Of a stretch of DNA of 32,000 bases, positions 17,917 to 27,379 are shown one piece after another (position 1 is the first letter of the stretch; every line of letters begins with the position of its first letter). Source of the DNA: Gemmata obscuriglobus. Its GTDB lineage: Bacteria > Planctomycetota > Planctomycetia > Gemmatales > Gemmataceae. The notes below the pieces were generated by a model, which saw nothing but the letters and a program-made list of their open reading frames with translations, was not told the DNA's origin and did no database searches. The stretch lies in NCBI RefSeq assembly GCF_008065095.1, contig NZ_CP042911.1, forward strand, positions 7,200,001-7,232,000. Direction: 5' to 3'. Position numbers and translations under genes: made by a program.

Positions 17917-18255
17917 TTAGCCCCGCACCCGCTCGGTCCCGAACCGCTCGGTCAGCGCGGCAACCGCGCCCGTGCCGAACCGGTTCAGATCGAGCCGGCG
18001 TATCGTAACGTTGTTCGAGTACCGTGATCGGGCCAGCGTGGTGGCGCCGCGGTCACGGGTCTCGTCGTGGGGGTGCCCCAAATCGCATCGAGCAGCCCTT
18101 TCTTCACGCGCCACGTTCGCAATGGCGCGATCCGCCAGCGTTACAGACAACGACAGTCTTGCATCCGTCGCTGGCGCGCGGAATACTGGTTCGGTGCTTT
18201 GACCGCGCGAGTGTTCGCCCGCGGAGCCAAAGTCGCTCGCTTTGAGGTCCGCCAT
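17917..18255 (-). CDS. Doubtful 112-aa hypothetical ORF
   Basis: Third-position G/C is moderately high and no motif is recognised. Its ATG (18255..18253) overlaps the ATG of the divergent lipoprotein gene (18254..18256) by 2 nt, leaving no promoter space. This argues against the ORF or against this start. Confidence 0.25.
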   Translation of the reverse strand: MADLKASDFGSAGEHSRGQSTEPVFRAPATDARLSLSVTLADRAIANVAREERAARCDLGHPHDETRDRGATTLARSRYSNNVTIRRLDLNRFGTGAVAALTERFGTERVRG

Positions 18256-19402
18256 GCGCCGATTCGCGCCGACACTCGCGCTCGTCCTGCTGATTCCGGT
18301 CGCGGGCTGCGGGCAACAGTCCTTTCGACCGTTCACCCCACCGGAAGGCGGGTACACGGTCCTCATGCCCGGCTCGCCGAGCCGCTCCGAGCGCGACGAG
18401 AACGGGCTGCGAATGACGGTTTACGAGGCCGGGAGGCGGAACGAGAGCTACGCCGTCGCGTCGGCCGCCGTCCCGCCCGGCGGGGTGGACCTGGACGGCG
18501 CCGTCTCGGGCCTGGCGGGCACCGTCGGCGCCAGCGGCACCCGATCACAGGGCCAGAGCAACAACGGCGACGGGTGGCGCGAGTTCGAGATCGAAACCAA
18601 CGGCGGGCGCTGGTTCTACTCGGGCCGGGTGCTCGCAACCCAGGGGCGGTTCTACACCGTCCTGGCGGCCGGAGCCGACGCCCGGCTATCGAACACGCGG
18701 GTGAAAACGTTCGTTGAGTCGTTCCGGTTGACCAGCGGCGCCACACCCGGCCCCGGAAATGGGAGCCCGGCGCCCGCACAACCGATGACGCTCCCAATGA
18801 CCCCGCCACCGCCCTTCGGCGCCCCCGCGCCGCCCTTCGGCGGCCCCGCACTCGGCCGCCCGAGCGACCTGCCCCCGCCTCCGCCCCCGCCGGCCGCGTC
18901 GCTGCCCAACCCGGCCGTCACCCCGTTCCGCCCGACGCCGCCGGCCGAGAAGATCGTGGGGCACCCGGCCGACCCGACGTTCCGCGACGAAGCCCCGGCC
19001 GGCGGGTGGCTCGTCGGGTTCGACGTGTGGTACAGCAAATTTGTCAACAACGACATCATCGGTGCGATCCGGCCGATTTACTGGGTCAACAACGCGTACG
19101 CGCTCGGGCAGGTTCACGGCACCCCGACCCAGTCGGGAACGCGGTTAGTGGCCAAACCCGGGTACGTGGTCGGAGCGGTGAACGTCCGGGCCGCGATCGC
19201 CATCGACGCCATTACCGTCACCTTCATGAAGGCAAACGGCGAGTGGCTCGACAAGAGCGACTCGTACACCAGCGAGCGATTGGGAGGCGCGGGCGGTTGG
19301 CCCACGGACATCAGCGGCAACGGCGCCCCGGTGACGGGCATCGTCGGCCGGAAGAGCGCCAACGTGAGCGGGCTCGGCCTCACGTACCGTGCTGCGAAGT
19401 GA
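18254..19402 (+). CDS. Lipoprotein with poly-proline linker and C-terminal beta-prism (jacalin-like?) domain
   Basis: MRRFAPTLALVLLIPVAGC carries a lipobox (VAGC). The linker is PPPPFGAPAPPFGGP...LPPPPPPPAAS. The C-terminus has three similar strands-plus-Gly units (LVGFDVWY..IIGAIRPIY / VVGAVNVRAAIAIDAITVTF / VTGIVGRKSANVSGLGLTY). The fold call is inference. Confidence 0.8.
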   Translation: MRRFAPTLALVLLIPVAGCGQQSFRPFTPPEGGYTVLMPGSPSRSERDENGLRMTVYEAGRRNESYAVASAAVPPGGVDLDGAVSGLAGTVGASGTRSQGQSNNGDGWREFEIETNGGRWFYSGRVLATQGRFYTVLAAGADARLSNTRVKTFVESFRLTSGATPGPGNGSPAPAQPMTLPMTPPPPFGAPAPPFGGPALGRPSDLPPPPPPPAASLPNPAVTPFRPTPPAEKIVGHPADPTFRDEAPAGGWLVGFDVWYSKFVNNDIIGAIRPIYWVNNAYALGQVHGTPTQSGTRLVAKPGYVVGAVNVRAAIAIDAITVTFMKANGEWLDKSDSYTSERLGGAGGWPTDISGNGAPVTGIVGRKSANVSGLGLTYRAAK

Positions 19403-19409
19403 GCGTGCG

Positions 19410-20525
19410 TCAAACGCGGAACCGCGACATGTGCCCGAACCGGGCCTGCAGTTCCGCGTTCACCTCGGCGTACCGGCCGCCTGGGTTCTGAGCGAGTTCG
19501 AGGCGCCGGAGCCCGGTCAGGTGAGGCGACCGGGCGAGCGCCCGGAGCCCGTCCGGACCGATGTTGTTCCTGAACACACTCAGTACCCGAAGACCACTCG
19601 CGGCCGGGCTGTTCGCCAGCGCCACGGCACCCTCGTCGCCCACCTCGCAACCCGTCAGCCACAGTTCGCGGAGAGATGGCAGCAGCGGTGAGCGGCACAG
19701 TTCCGTTAGCTCGGCATCACCGACGTGCGCACCCGACAGTTCCAGCTCACGGAGGTTATCCAGGTGCGGCGAGTGCCCCAGCGCGTGCAGCCCCACCGGG
19801 CCGGGGCGGGTGCTGTGGAGGTCGAGTCTCCGCACGTTCGCCAGCGCCCGGTGCCCGGCCATCACCTCATAAGCGGCCGTGTCAGCATCTTCTGCGGCTC
19901 CAGTTCTCGCCTCGGACGCGAACCGAAACGCGACCAAATGCCGGTTCGCCCATGTGTCGAGCACGCCCCGCACCTCGTCCGCGGTGAGCACCGCACGCGG
20001 ATCGCAGATGAACGCGACTTCCGACGCGTTCCGCAACCGGTCGCACACGAGCAGCCGATCGAGCCACCCGTCCGGCAACGGCGGGCGCGGAGCGAACAGG
20101 TCCTGAAACACTGCCCCGGGCCATTCCAGAAAAGCGTTGTAGTCTCGGGCCCGCAGGTTGTAATGGTACCGGGCCAGCGGCGCCAGTTTGAGTTGCCGGA
20201 CCGTCAGTTTCGTAAGCGTCTCGAAGCTCAAGCCCGATACATTGAGCTGCAGGAACCCGCGATGAAACTGAGACTTGACCCACTTCTTCGGCACCTTCGC
20301 CCGCCATTCCGCCTCGTGTTTGACCAGCAACTCGTCTTCACGCTTCACGAGGGCCGGGTAGGGCTCGTCCCAACGGTTCAGTCGCGCCGCCCCGATCTGC
20401 ACCCGGATGAATTCGGCACGAGCGGGTTGCTCGTGCTCATCGAGCCAGTCGGCATAAGCGAGCCGCACGGTATCGTCGTGCGGGTGCTCCCAGATCGCAT
20501 CAAGCAATGCCTTCTCGTCGGACAT
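19410..20525 (-). CDS. TIGR02996 domain protein with RNI-type leucine-rich repeats
   Basis: N-terminus MSDEKALLDAIWEHPHDDTVRLAYADWLDEHEQPARAEFIRVQ is the TIGR02996 signature. C-terminal LRRs include LRELELSGAHVGDAELTELC and LRELWLTGCEVGDEGAVALA. Start trimmed to ATG 20525. Confidence 0.9.
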   Translation of the reverse strand: MSDEKALLDAIWEHPHDDTVRLAYADWLDEHEQPARAEFIRVQIGAARLNRWDEPYPALVKREDELLVKHEAEWRAKVPKKWVKSQFHRGFLQLNVSGLSFETLTKLTVRQLKLAPLARYHYNLRARDYNAFLEWPGAVFQDLFAPRPPLPDGWLDRLLVCDRLRNASEVAFICDPRAVLTADEVRGVLDTWANRHLVAFRFASEARTGAAEDADTAAYEVMAGHRALANVRRLDLHSTRPGPVGLHALGHSPHLDNLRELELSGAHVGDAELTELCRSPLLPSLRELWLTGCEVGDEGAVALANSPAASGLRVLSVFRNNIGPDGLRALARSPHLTGLRRLELAQNPGGRYAEVNAELQARFGHMSRFRV

Positions 20526-20604
20526 GATGGCTCGTGCAACAGGCCGCACCGGCACCCCTTCCACCGGCGCGGCTCATCATACCCGATGGTGCGGATCAAG
20601 GGAA

Positions 20605-21645
20605 TCACCCCATCCACTCGGGGTGCTTCGCGGTCCCGTCGAAGTCGGGTGTGGTTTTAAACCGCTCGTAGCGGCCCTTCGCCGCGGCCTCTTTTGTGCG
20701 CCCCAACAGGGCGGCCACCTGATCTTCAGTGAGCGGTTTGAAGCTCTTGACCACGTCGAGAGCCTGCTTCAACCGGTCCATCGTTTCCATGCCGGTGATG
20801 ACCACGGAGGTCGGGAGCGTGAGCGCGTAGTTGAGGCACTCCACCGCGGTCGCCGCCTTGCTCTGGAGGACCAGCCCGTCGCCCATCGACTTCATGCCCA
20901 GCACGCCGATCTGCTCCTTCACCAGCCCCGGTAGCACGTCACGGGCGAAGCTGCGGAAGTGCGCGTCGAGCACGTTGAGCGGCATCTGCACCGCGTCGAA
21001 CCGGAACCCGTTCTCTTTCGCCACCTCGAGCGTCCGCAAGTGCGCGAGCGGGTCCTTGTGCCCGGTGAACCCGACGAACCGGATCTTGCCCGCCTTCCGG
21101 GCCGCCTCGACGGCCTCTTGCGCCCCGCCCTCGCCGAACACGCGGTCCGCGTCCTCCATCCGGATCATCTCGTGGTGCTGCACGAGGTCGATGACGTCGG
21201 TGCGGAGCCGTAAGAGGCACTGGTCGATCTGCTTCGCGGCGGCCGCCTTCGTCCGGCCGTCGATTTTGGTCATCAGGAACGCCTTCTTGCGGTAGCCGTC
21301 CTGAAGCGCTTTGCCCATACGGAGTTCGCTGAGGCCGTCGTGATAGTCCCAGCAGTTGTCGAGGAAGTTCATGCCCGCGTCGAGCGCGGTGCGAATGATC
21401 TTGATCCCCTCGGCCTCGTCCGCCGGGCGGCCGATGTGGTGCCCGCCGACCCCGATACACGACACCTCGACTCCAGTGTTCCCAAGCTTCCGGTAGCGCA
21501 TGTCGCCGCGCACGACTTCGTTGGCGGTGTCGAAGCGGAGCAGCGCCGGCCCCTTGTCGGGCTCTGCACCGGTTCCGCGCCCGGTGAGGAGCGGGGAAAC
21601 GACCCCGGCGGTCGCGGCGGCGTGAATGAACTCGCGGCGTTGCAT
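20605..21645 (-). CDS. Aldo/keto reductase with twin-arginine (Tat) signal peptide
   Basis: MQRREFIHAAATAGVVSPLL is followed by the AKR core: MRYRKLGNTGVEVSCIGVGGHHIG...FLDNCWDYHDGLSELRMGKAL...VQHHEM. Start trimmed to ATG 21645. Confidence 0.9.
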   Translation of the reverse strand: MQRREFIHAAATAGVVSPLLTGRGTGAEPDKGPALLRFDTANEVVRGDMRYRKLGNTGVEVSCIGVGGHHIGRPADEAEGIKIIRTALDAGMNFLDNCWDYHDGLSELRMGKALQDGYRKKAFLMTKIDGRTKAAAAKQIDQCLLRLRTDVIDLVQHHEMIRMEDADRVFGEGGAQEAVEAARKAGKIRFVGFTGHKDPLAHLRTLEVAKENGFRFDAVQMPLNVLDAHFRSFARDVLPGLVKEQIGVLGMKSMGDGLVLQSKAATAVECLNYALTLPTSVVITGMETMDRLKQALDVVKSFKPLTEDQVAALLGRTKEAAAKGRYERFKTTPDFDGTAKHPEWMG

Positions 21646-21822
21646 GGGACGGGTCTCGGGTGAGTGCGGCGAACGAACCAACCGCCATACGAGTGCAAAT
21701 CCCGGACCGCTGTAGCGGCCCGCAAATTCACGCAAAATTCGTTTGGAACGACCCAGACGAACTGTTACAAGCTTGCTACGTCGCTTCTCACTTCTGTCTC
21801 CCCGTCTTGGTTGGGTTCTGGC

Positions 21823-22932
21823 GTGCCGACGTTCATCGCGATCTGTCCGTACTGCCGCGCCGGTGGCGTGCGCGCCCCCGCCGGGGCCGCCGGTGCCAGC
21901 GCCACCTGTCCGAAATGCCGCAGCAACTTCACGCTGGCGCCCGAGGAACACCTGCCGGGCTGGGCAAAAGCCGAGCCCGGCGCCGCGCCAGCAAAACCGC
22001 TGCCCCCGGCCGTTGAGGAAACCCGCTCGACCGCCGCGCTGCCGGACGTGACCGAGCCGTCACCGGTGATCCCGTCCGAACCGTACACGGCACCCGTACC
22101 GCGCCCGGCGGTAGTCGCCCCAGTTCCCGCGCGGCCCCCCGCTGACACGGCACTGGTGGTCGCCCTCGGGGCGATAATCCTCGTCGGCCCCGCGATGTTA
22201 GCCACCCAGTTGCCGTTCGGGCGCGCGATCGGCACCGGGATCGCCGCTCTCGGGTTGCTGGCCGGCCTGATGAGTTTCGGTGCCAATGGTAAGGCCCGGC
22301 TGGCAGCGAGCGCCGCGGTGCTGATGCACGCCGCCGTCGCCGCAATTTTGCTGCTCCTTCCGTCCTGGGTGGGGCTCGCGAGCGGCCCCGACGAGGACGG
22401 CCCAAAACCGCCGACCGGGCCGGTCGCGGTGAGCCACGCGACCGGCGAAGCAGAGCCGATCGCCCCGGGCCGGTGGCTCGACGCGAGCAAGGTGTCCTGG
22501 CAGTTCGGAGACGCGCGCGTGGTCGTCCGCGACGCGTCCGTCGGGCCGATCGAGTTGACCGGTCCGAACGGGGCGAAGCGGGCCACACGGGAACCGTACC
22601 TGCGCATCGCGCTGCGGGTACGCAACACCGGCACCGACCAGGCGCTGCCGCTCACGGGGTGGGCGGCCGGGCGGGGGGCGAGTGGCGTGCGCGTCCTGGA
22701 CTCGACCGACCGACCGCTCGCCCCCGCCGCCTTCGACGCGGGCTGGGAACCGGACCGCGGCAAGCCGACCGAGCGTGTGCTGCCCGGTCACACGTCCGAG
22801 GTGGTGTTCGTGTTCGCTCCGCCCACCCGGCGGGCGGAGCTTGTTCGCGTACACCTGACCGGCGCGCCCGTTGGATCGCGAGACGATGTCTCGTTCCGCG
22901 TGTCGCTCACCGCCCGCCAGCCGCTGCCGTAA
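21823..22932 (+). CDS. Zinc-ribbon / multi-TM membrane protein with C-terminal Ig-like (DUF4352-like) domain
   Basis: CPYC...x20...CPKC at the N-terminus, a Pro-rich linker, then hydrophobic helices ([49 protein letters not shown]). C-terminal beta-rich segment: [19 protein letters not shown]...[13 protein letters not shown]. Start is GTG 21823 or TTG 21811. Confidence 0.75.
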   Translation: MPTFIAICPYCRAGGVRAPAGAAGASATCPKCRSNFTLAPEEHLPGWAKAEPGAAPAKPLPPAVEETRSTAALPDVTEPSPVIPSEPYTAPVPRPAVVAPVPARPPADTALVVALGAIILVGPAMLATQLPFGRAIGTGIAALGLLAGLMSFGANGKARLAASAAVLMHAAVAAILLLLPSWVGLASGPDEDGPKPPTGPVAVSHATGEAEPIAPGRWLDASKVSWQFGDARVVVRDASVGPIELTGPNGAKRATREPYLRIALRVRNTGTDQALPLTGWAAGRGASGVRVLDSTDRPLAPAAFDAGWEPDRGKPTERVLPGHTSEVVFVFAPPTRRAELVRVHLTGAPVGSRDDVSFRVSLTARQPLP

Positions 22933-22958
22933 CCGTTCGCCGAACAGGAGGTGCTTCG

Positions 22959-23816
22959 ATGTCGAGACGAACCGCATTCACCCTGATCGAGTTGCTCGTG
23001 GTCATTGCGATCATCTCGGTCCTGATGGGGCTGCTGTTGCCCGCCGTCCAGAAGGTGCGCGAGGCCGCGGCGCGCACGTCGTGCGCCAACAACCTCAAGC
23101 AAATCGGGTTGGCGATGCACCTGTACGAAAGCGCTGCCGGGCACTTTCCGGTAAGCACGCTGGAGCGCGGCGGGGTGACGTGGGCCGTGCTGATCCTACC
23201 GCACCTCGAACAGGACAACCTGTACCGCACCTGGGATCTGTCGCGGAAGTACGCCCAGCAAGCGCCTGTGGCCCGCGAAACGGCGGTGCGCACGTATTTC
23301 TGCCCCTCGCGCCGGTCCGCGTCGAGTTCCCCGACCGTGAGCGTCGCGGGCAACGAATCGCCGAGTGACCCGTTGCAGCGGCACTACCCCGGCGCGCTGG
23401 GCGACTACGCGGTGGTCGTGGACAAGAGCGGCCACGACGCGGCCGAAGAGACCTGACCGAACATGACCGGACCGTTCCAGTTGGGAACGCCACAACGGGT
23501 CGCGGATTTCACCGACGGGCTGAGCCACGTCATTTTCGTGGGCGAAAAACAGGTTCACATCGACCGGCACGGGTACGGCGGGTTGGACTGCTCCATCTAC
23601 GACGGCGAGTACCCCACCTGCTCCGGACGCGGGGTCAGCAACGGGCTGACGACCAACCCGCGAGACGCGGGCCTGAAGTTCGGGAGCCGACACACCGGAG
23701 TCGTACAATTCGGTTTCGGAGACGGGCGCGTACAGGCGCTGTCGGTCAACATCGACCGGTACACGTTCGAGTTGCTCGGCACCCGCGGACACGGGCAAGT
23801 GGTCCCGAATTACTAA
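22959..23816 (+). pseudogene. DUF1559 / prepilin-type N-terminal domain gene interrupted by an in-frame TGA (23454..23456)
   Basis: AGGAGG (22946..22951) lies 7 nt before the ATG. N-terminal half is [50 protein letters not shown]. After the TGA the same frame continues PNMTGPFQLGTPQRVADFTDGLSHVIFVGEK...SRHTGVVQFGFGDGRVQAL (H-X9-DG). The track splits it into 22473..23456 and 23463..23816. Confidence 0.75.
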
Positions 23817-23822
23817 AGGCCG

Positions 23823-24152
23823 ATGGAACCGCTCGAAGCGTTCGGACTGGTCGATGTGCGGGTGGGGCGGATCGTCCGCGCAGAGCCCAACGCGGGCGCC
23901 CGCAAGCCCGCTTTCAAGCTGTGGATCGATTTCGGCCCGCTCGGGATCAAGCCGTCCAGCGCGCAACTGGTCGCGCTCTACACGCCCGATACGCTGGTCG
24001 GGCGGCTGGTGGTCGCGGCTGTGAACCTGGGCGTGCGAAAGGTGAACGGGTTCAACTCGGAGGTGCTGGTTCTGGGCGCGCCCGACGAGAGCGGGAACGT
24101 CGTACTCCTCGCACCGGACCGCGAAGTGCCTCTCGGCGGTCGTATGTTCTAA
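23823..24152 (+). CDS. csaA: CsaA-type tRNA-binding domain protein, 109 aa
   Basis: Typical CsaA/EMAP-fold sequence: VDVRVGRIVRAEPNAGARKPAFKLWIDFG...LVGRLVVAAVNLGVRKVNGFNSEVLVLG. Confidence 0.85.
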   Translation: MEPLEAFGLVDVRVGRIVRAEPNAGARKPAFKLWIDFGPLGIKPSSAQLVALYTPDTLVGRLVVAAVNLGVRKVNGFNSEVLVLGAPDESGNVVLLAPDREVPLGGRMF

Positions 24153-24240
24153 AAGCCGTATTCACCGCAGATGGCGAGGGAGGGCGCAGAGGATGGGACT
24201 TCTCTGTGCCCTCCCTCGCCATCTGCGGTGAATACGGCTT
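24153..24240. terminator. 88-bp palindrome (39-nt arms, 10-nt loop) spanning the convergent csaA-holA gap; probable bidirectional terminator
   Basis: Arms 24153..24191 and 24202..24240 are complementary at 38/39, with one G:T at 24186/24207. The left arm starts right after the csaA TAA. The right arm overlaps the holA stop by 2 nt. Followed by ATTTCTT on + and TTTAGAA on -. Confidence 0.7.
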
Positions 24241-25258
24241 ATTTCTTCACGTCTTCGCGCGGGCGGGCGAGCATCACGATGAGTCGTTCCACTTGCACCC
24301 GTTCGGGTAACGGGTTCCCGCCCTTGAGCCCGTAGTTGATCTCCACCAGCCAGTCCGGGAGTTTGAGCAACCGAGGGCCGCCGAGGTGCTTCAGTTGCTT
24401 CTCACAGTTCACCCGTGCCTTCTCCCACTTGGGCACGTTGGCGGCGTCCATCGCCGACCCCATCGGGAGTTTTTCCACGACCATCAGCCGCCCGACGGTC
24501 GCGAGCTTCCGCAGTTGCGCGGTGAGCGGGCCGATCACGGCCATCGGGTCTTCGCCCTCCGCGAACAGCTCTTGAAGGATGCTGAGCGCCTGCGCCGGCT
24601 TGCCATCCCCGATCGCGTCCATGATGCGGAACACGTCCGCGGCCTTGCTTCGCCCGACCAGCGTGTCCACGTCGTCGGCCGAGATGACAGGCTTCGCGCC
24701 GACCGCGTTCGCGAGTTTGCCGAGTTCTTGATCGAGCAAACCCATTGAAGTGCCGACCCGCTCGACGAGCAATTCGGCGGCCTCGGTCGCGAGCTTCTTC
24801 TTGTGCGCGGTTTTGGCCCACTCCACACACCAAGCGCCGATCTTGTACTCCGGCGGCGCCTTGCAGACGATCTTGGCCCCGTCGGGCAGCGCTTTGGCGA
24901 GCTTCGTGTTTTCGGGAAACGTCTTCACGTCGAGCACCAGCACTCCGACGGCACTGGGCTTCGCGGCGTAGGCTTCGAGCGCCTGACGGTTCTCGGTGAC
25001 GAACTTGTCGGCCGCGTCCACGATCAGCACGCGACACGGGGCCAGAAACGGAAGCGTTTCCAGTTCGTTACGGGCGGTGGAGAAGTCGAGCCGATCCCCG
25101 CCGGACGCACTGACCGCGAACGAGGGGTCTTCGTCACCGATGGCGATCGAGATGATGCGCTCGCGGGCGTGGCGCTTGAGAAAGTCCTCGTCACCGACGA
25201 GCGCGTACACCGGGTGTCGTTTCGCGTCCTTCGCCGAGAGAAATTGCAGTGCGTCCAT
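24239..25258 (-). CDS. holA: DNA polymerase III delta subunit
   Basis: 339 aa. N-terminus: PVYALVGDEDFLKRHARERI...LETLPFLAPCRVLIVDAADKF. Length and helical C-terminal domain are typical of HolA. Confidence 0.88.
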   Translation of the reverse strand: MDALQFLSAKDAKRHPVYALVGDEDFLKRHARERIISIAIGDEDPSFAVSASGGDRLDFSTARNELETLPFLAPCRVLIVDAADKFVTENRQALEAYAAKPSAVGVLVLDVKTFPENTKLAKALPDGAKIVCKAPPEYKIGAWCVEWAKTAHKKKLATEAAELLVERVGTSMGLLDQELGKLANAVGAKPVISADDVDTLVGRSKAADVFRIMDAIGDGKPAQALSILQELFAEGEDPMAVIGPLTAQLRKLATVGRLMVVEKLPMGSAMDAANVPKWEKARVNCEKQLKHLGGPRLLKLPDWLVEINYGLKGGNPLPERVQVERLIVMLARPREDVKK

Positions 25259-25397
25259 GTCCCCGCCTTACACGCCGTGTTCCTCCTGTATTGATCCACA
25301 AGTGCCCACGCGCGCCAATGTCAATCGCGTGGGTCGTGCGGAATAAGGGGTGCCACCGGCTTCCAGAAAAGGATAAGGCGACCGCCTCGACACACCT

Positions 25398-27065
25398 TTA
25401 GGGCTTCGGTGCGGGCTCCGCGGCGGGAACGGTGACGAACTTCCGTAAGTCTTCCCGCAACTTCTTGCGGGACGGCTCGTGCGTGTACATCATGTGCCCG
25501 GCGTCGTAGTAAGCCATGGTCACCCGGTCCAGCAAGGCGCGCGGCCCGAGGTGGGAGAAGGTGTACTCGGTGGCCGCGAACGGGGTGGCCAGGTCACAGT
25601 ACCCGTTGGCCACGAACACCCGCAATCCCTTGTCCTTCTCCATCGCCGCCCGCAGCCGGGGTGCGACGTTGGAATACTGGTTCGTGCCCGCCGGCCCGTA
25701 GTTCCACGGTTGCACCGGAGCACTCAACACATAGGCCGTATCAGTCTTGTACCCGAGCCCGTCCGGCAGGTACTGCCGCATCGCGTTGGTGAACAGCGGG
25801 GAGAGCAGGGCCGCCGACGGGTCGCCGCCGCCCACACGTTCGCCGCGCGGACCGCCCGGTCCGCCGCCGGGGCCGCTCGCGGGCGGAGAACCACCACTCG
25901 CGGTCCCCGGCGCAGGCGCGGCGGCCCCTCGGCCACCAGTTTTCGCCGACACACGGGAGTCGTACCGCCCGACCAGGGTTTGCTGGTCCCGCAGCAGTTC
26001 GCCGCGGAACCGGGTCGCCTCTATCCGCAGGTCGGACCGCAGCACGAACTCCTCCGACAGGCCGGTCAGCATGGCCACCTGCTTGGCCGCCGCCTGCCGC
26101 TCGTAATCGCTCAGCAGGTTGCCCTTGTGCAGCGCTTCCAGATAAGGGCCGGCGGCGTACTTCTGCGCCTCTTTGAGCGCCGTCGGCAGGTCGGTCGCCC
26201 ACTTCTTGTCCAACTTCCCGTGGTGGAACGCGGTGGCCGTGTACGTGGGCAGGAACAGGGCATATGGCAGGTCGTTACCGGTTCCGAACCGGATCGTCTG
26301 GAAATCGAGTACGGTCGAAATGAGAACGATTCCGGTCAGCTTCACCCCGCCCTTGTTCTGGAGGTAGGCGGCCAGCGACGCCGCCCGGGTGGTGCCGTAG
26401 CTCTCGCCCGCCACGTACACCGGCGACTCCTTCCGGTCGAACTTGGCCACGTAGTCCCGGATGAAGTCCCCGACCGACTGGGTGTCCTCCTCCAGCCCGT
26501 GGAACAGCTTGGCGTCGGCCGAGGTCTCGGCCCGGCTCAGACCGGTGCTGACCGGGTCGATGAACACCAGGTCGGTCACGTCCAGCATCGAGCAATCGTT
26601 GTCGACCAGTTCGACCGGGCTGGGCGCGGTCAGCCCGTCGTTGTTGATGAGCACGCGGCGGGGGCCGAAGAAGCCGAGGTGTACGTAAGACGACGCCGAC
26701 CCCGGCCCGCCGTTGAAGCAGAACGTGAGCGGGCGCGTCGCCGCGGCCTCTCCGGACTTGCGAACGTACGCCATGAAAAAGATGTTCGCCTTCGCCTTAC
26801 CCGTTTTGTCTGTCACCGACAGTGCACCGGTGGTCGCCTTGTATTCGACCTTCTGCCCGGCGATGATGACCGCGCCGTCGGTAACCACGGTCGGCGGACC
26901 CTTCTTTTCGTCCTTGGGTACCGCCTTTTCATCCTTGGGCGCTTTCTTATCGTCTCCGGCCTGGACTTTCTGGTCCTTTGCTGGTGGCGGCGTCTGCGCG
27001 GACGACGACGTAAGTCCCGCGGTAATCAGGAAAACGGCTAACAGCACATACCGAAGCGTGGCCAT
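25398..27065 (-). CDS. Secreted peptidase S10 (serine carboxypeptidase-like) family protein
   Basis: Signal peptide MATLRYVLLAVFLITAGLTSSSA. Family motifs are FNGGPGSASS and VAGESYG (catalytic Ser codon about 26400..26402). Start trimmed to ATG 27065. Confidence 0.85.
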   Translation of the reverse strand: MATLRYVLLAVFLITAGLTSSSAQTPPPAKDQKVQAGDDKKAPKDEKAVPKDEKKGPPTVVTDGAVIIAGQKVEYKATTGALSVTDKTGKAKANIFFMAYVRKSGEAAATRPLTFCFNGGPGSASSYVHLGFFGPRRVLINNDGLTAPSPVELVDNDCSMLDVTDLVFIDPVSTGLSRAETSADAKLFHGLEEDTQSVGDFIRDYVAKFDRKESPVYVAGESYGTTRAASLAAYLQNKGGVKLTGIVLISTVLDFQTIRFGTGNDLPYALFLPTYTATAFHHGKLDKKWATDLPTALKEAQKYAAGPYLEALHKGNLLSDYERQAAAKQVAMLTGLSEEFVLRSDLRIEATRFRGELLRDQQTLVGRYDSRVSAKTGGRGAAAPAPGTASGGSPPASGPGGGPGGPRGERVGGGDPSAALLSPLFTNAMRQYLPDGLGYKTDTAYVLSAPVQPWNYGPAGTNQYSNVAPRLRAAMEKDKGLRVFVANGYCDLATPFAATEYTFSHLGPRALLDRVTMAYYDAGHMMYTHEPSRKKLREDLRKFVTVPAAEPAPKP

Positions 27066-27379
27066 GTGGCACCTGGCATTTGCAAAGGGGCTTGTGGGGG
27101 AGGTTGCCACATTCTCAATGCCGACCCAGGCCCCGTCAATACGCCACAAACGGGATCGCCGCACCGCCCGCAGAGCCACCATACGGCGGGGGCGGCGCAC
27201 ATCCGTAGCGCCGCCCTCGCCGGTAACGCTCCCAGTCGCTTGGGTGCCAAATCCGACTCTCCAGCCTCGGGACACACTTATTAAACAAATGAACACCTAG
27301 CAGTAACCCTGCCCCCGAATACCTTTCGTGGTGCCGGATTCGTTTCTGCTCGCCCACGGGATCAGGAGCGCCCGACACA

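Noticed and set aside
18067-18851. 216-aa (+) and 162-aa (-) ORFs over the start of the lipoprotein gene
   Set aside because: These are Arg-rich shadow ORFs. The 18254..19402 frame has a canonical lipoprotein signal peptide.
23454-23489. TGA at 23454 as a selenocysteine codon, with hairpin CGTTCC-agttg-GGAACG at 23473..23489 as a SECIS
   Set aside because: The stem is only 6 bp and lacks the features of bacterial SECIS elements. No redox-type Cys context exists at this position in DUF1559 proteins. A nonsense mutation or sequencing error is far more likely.
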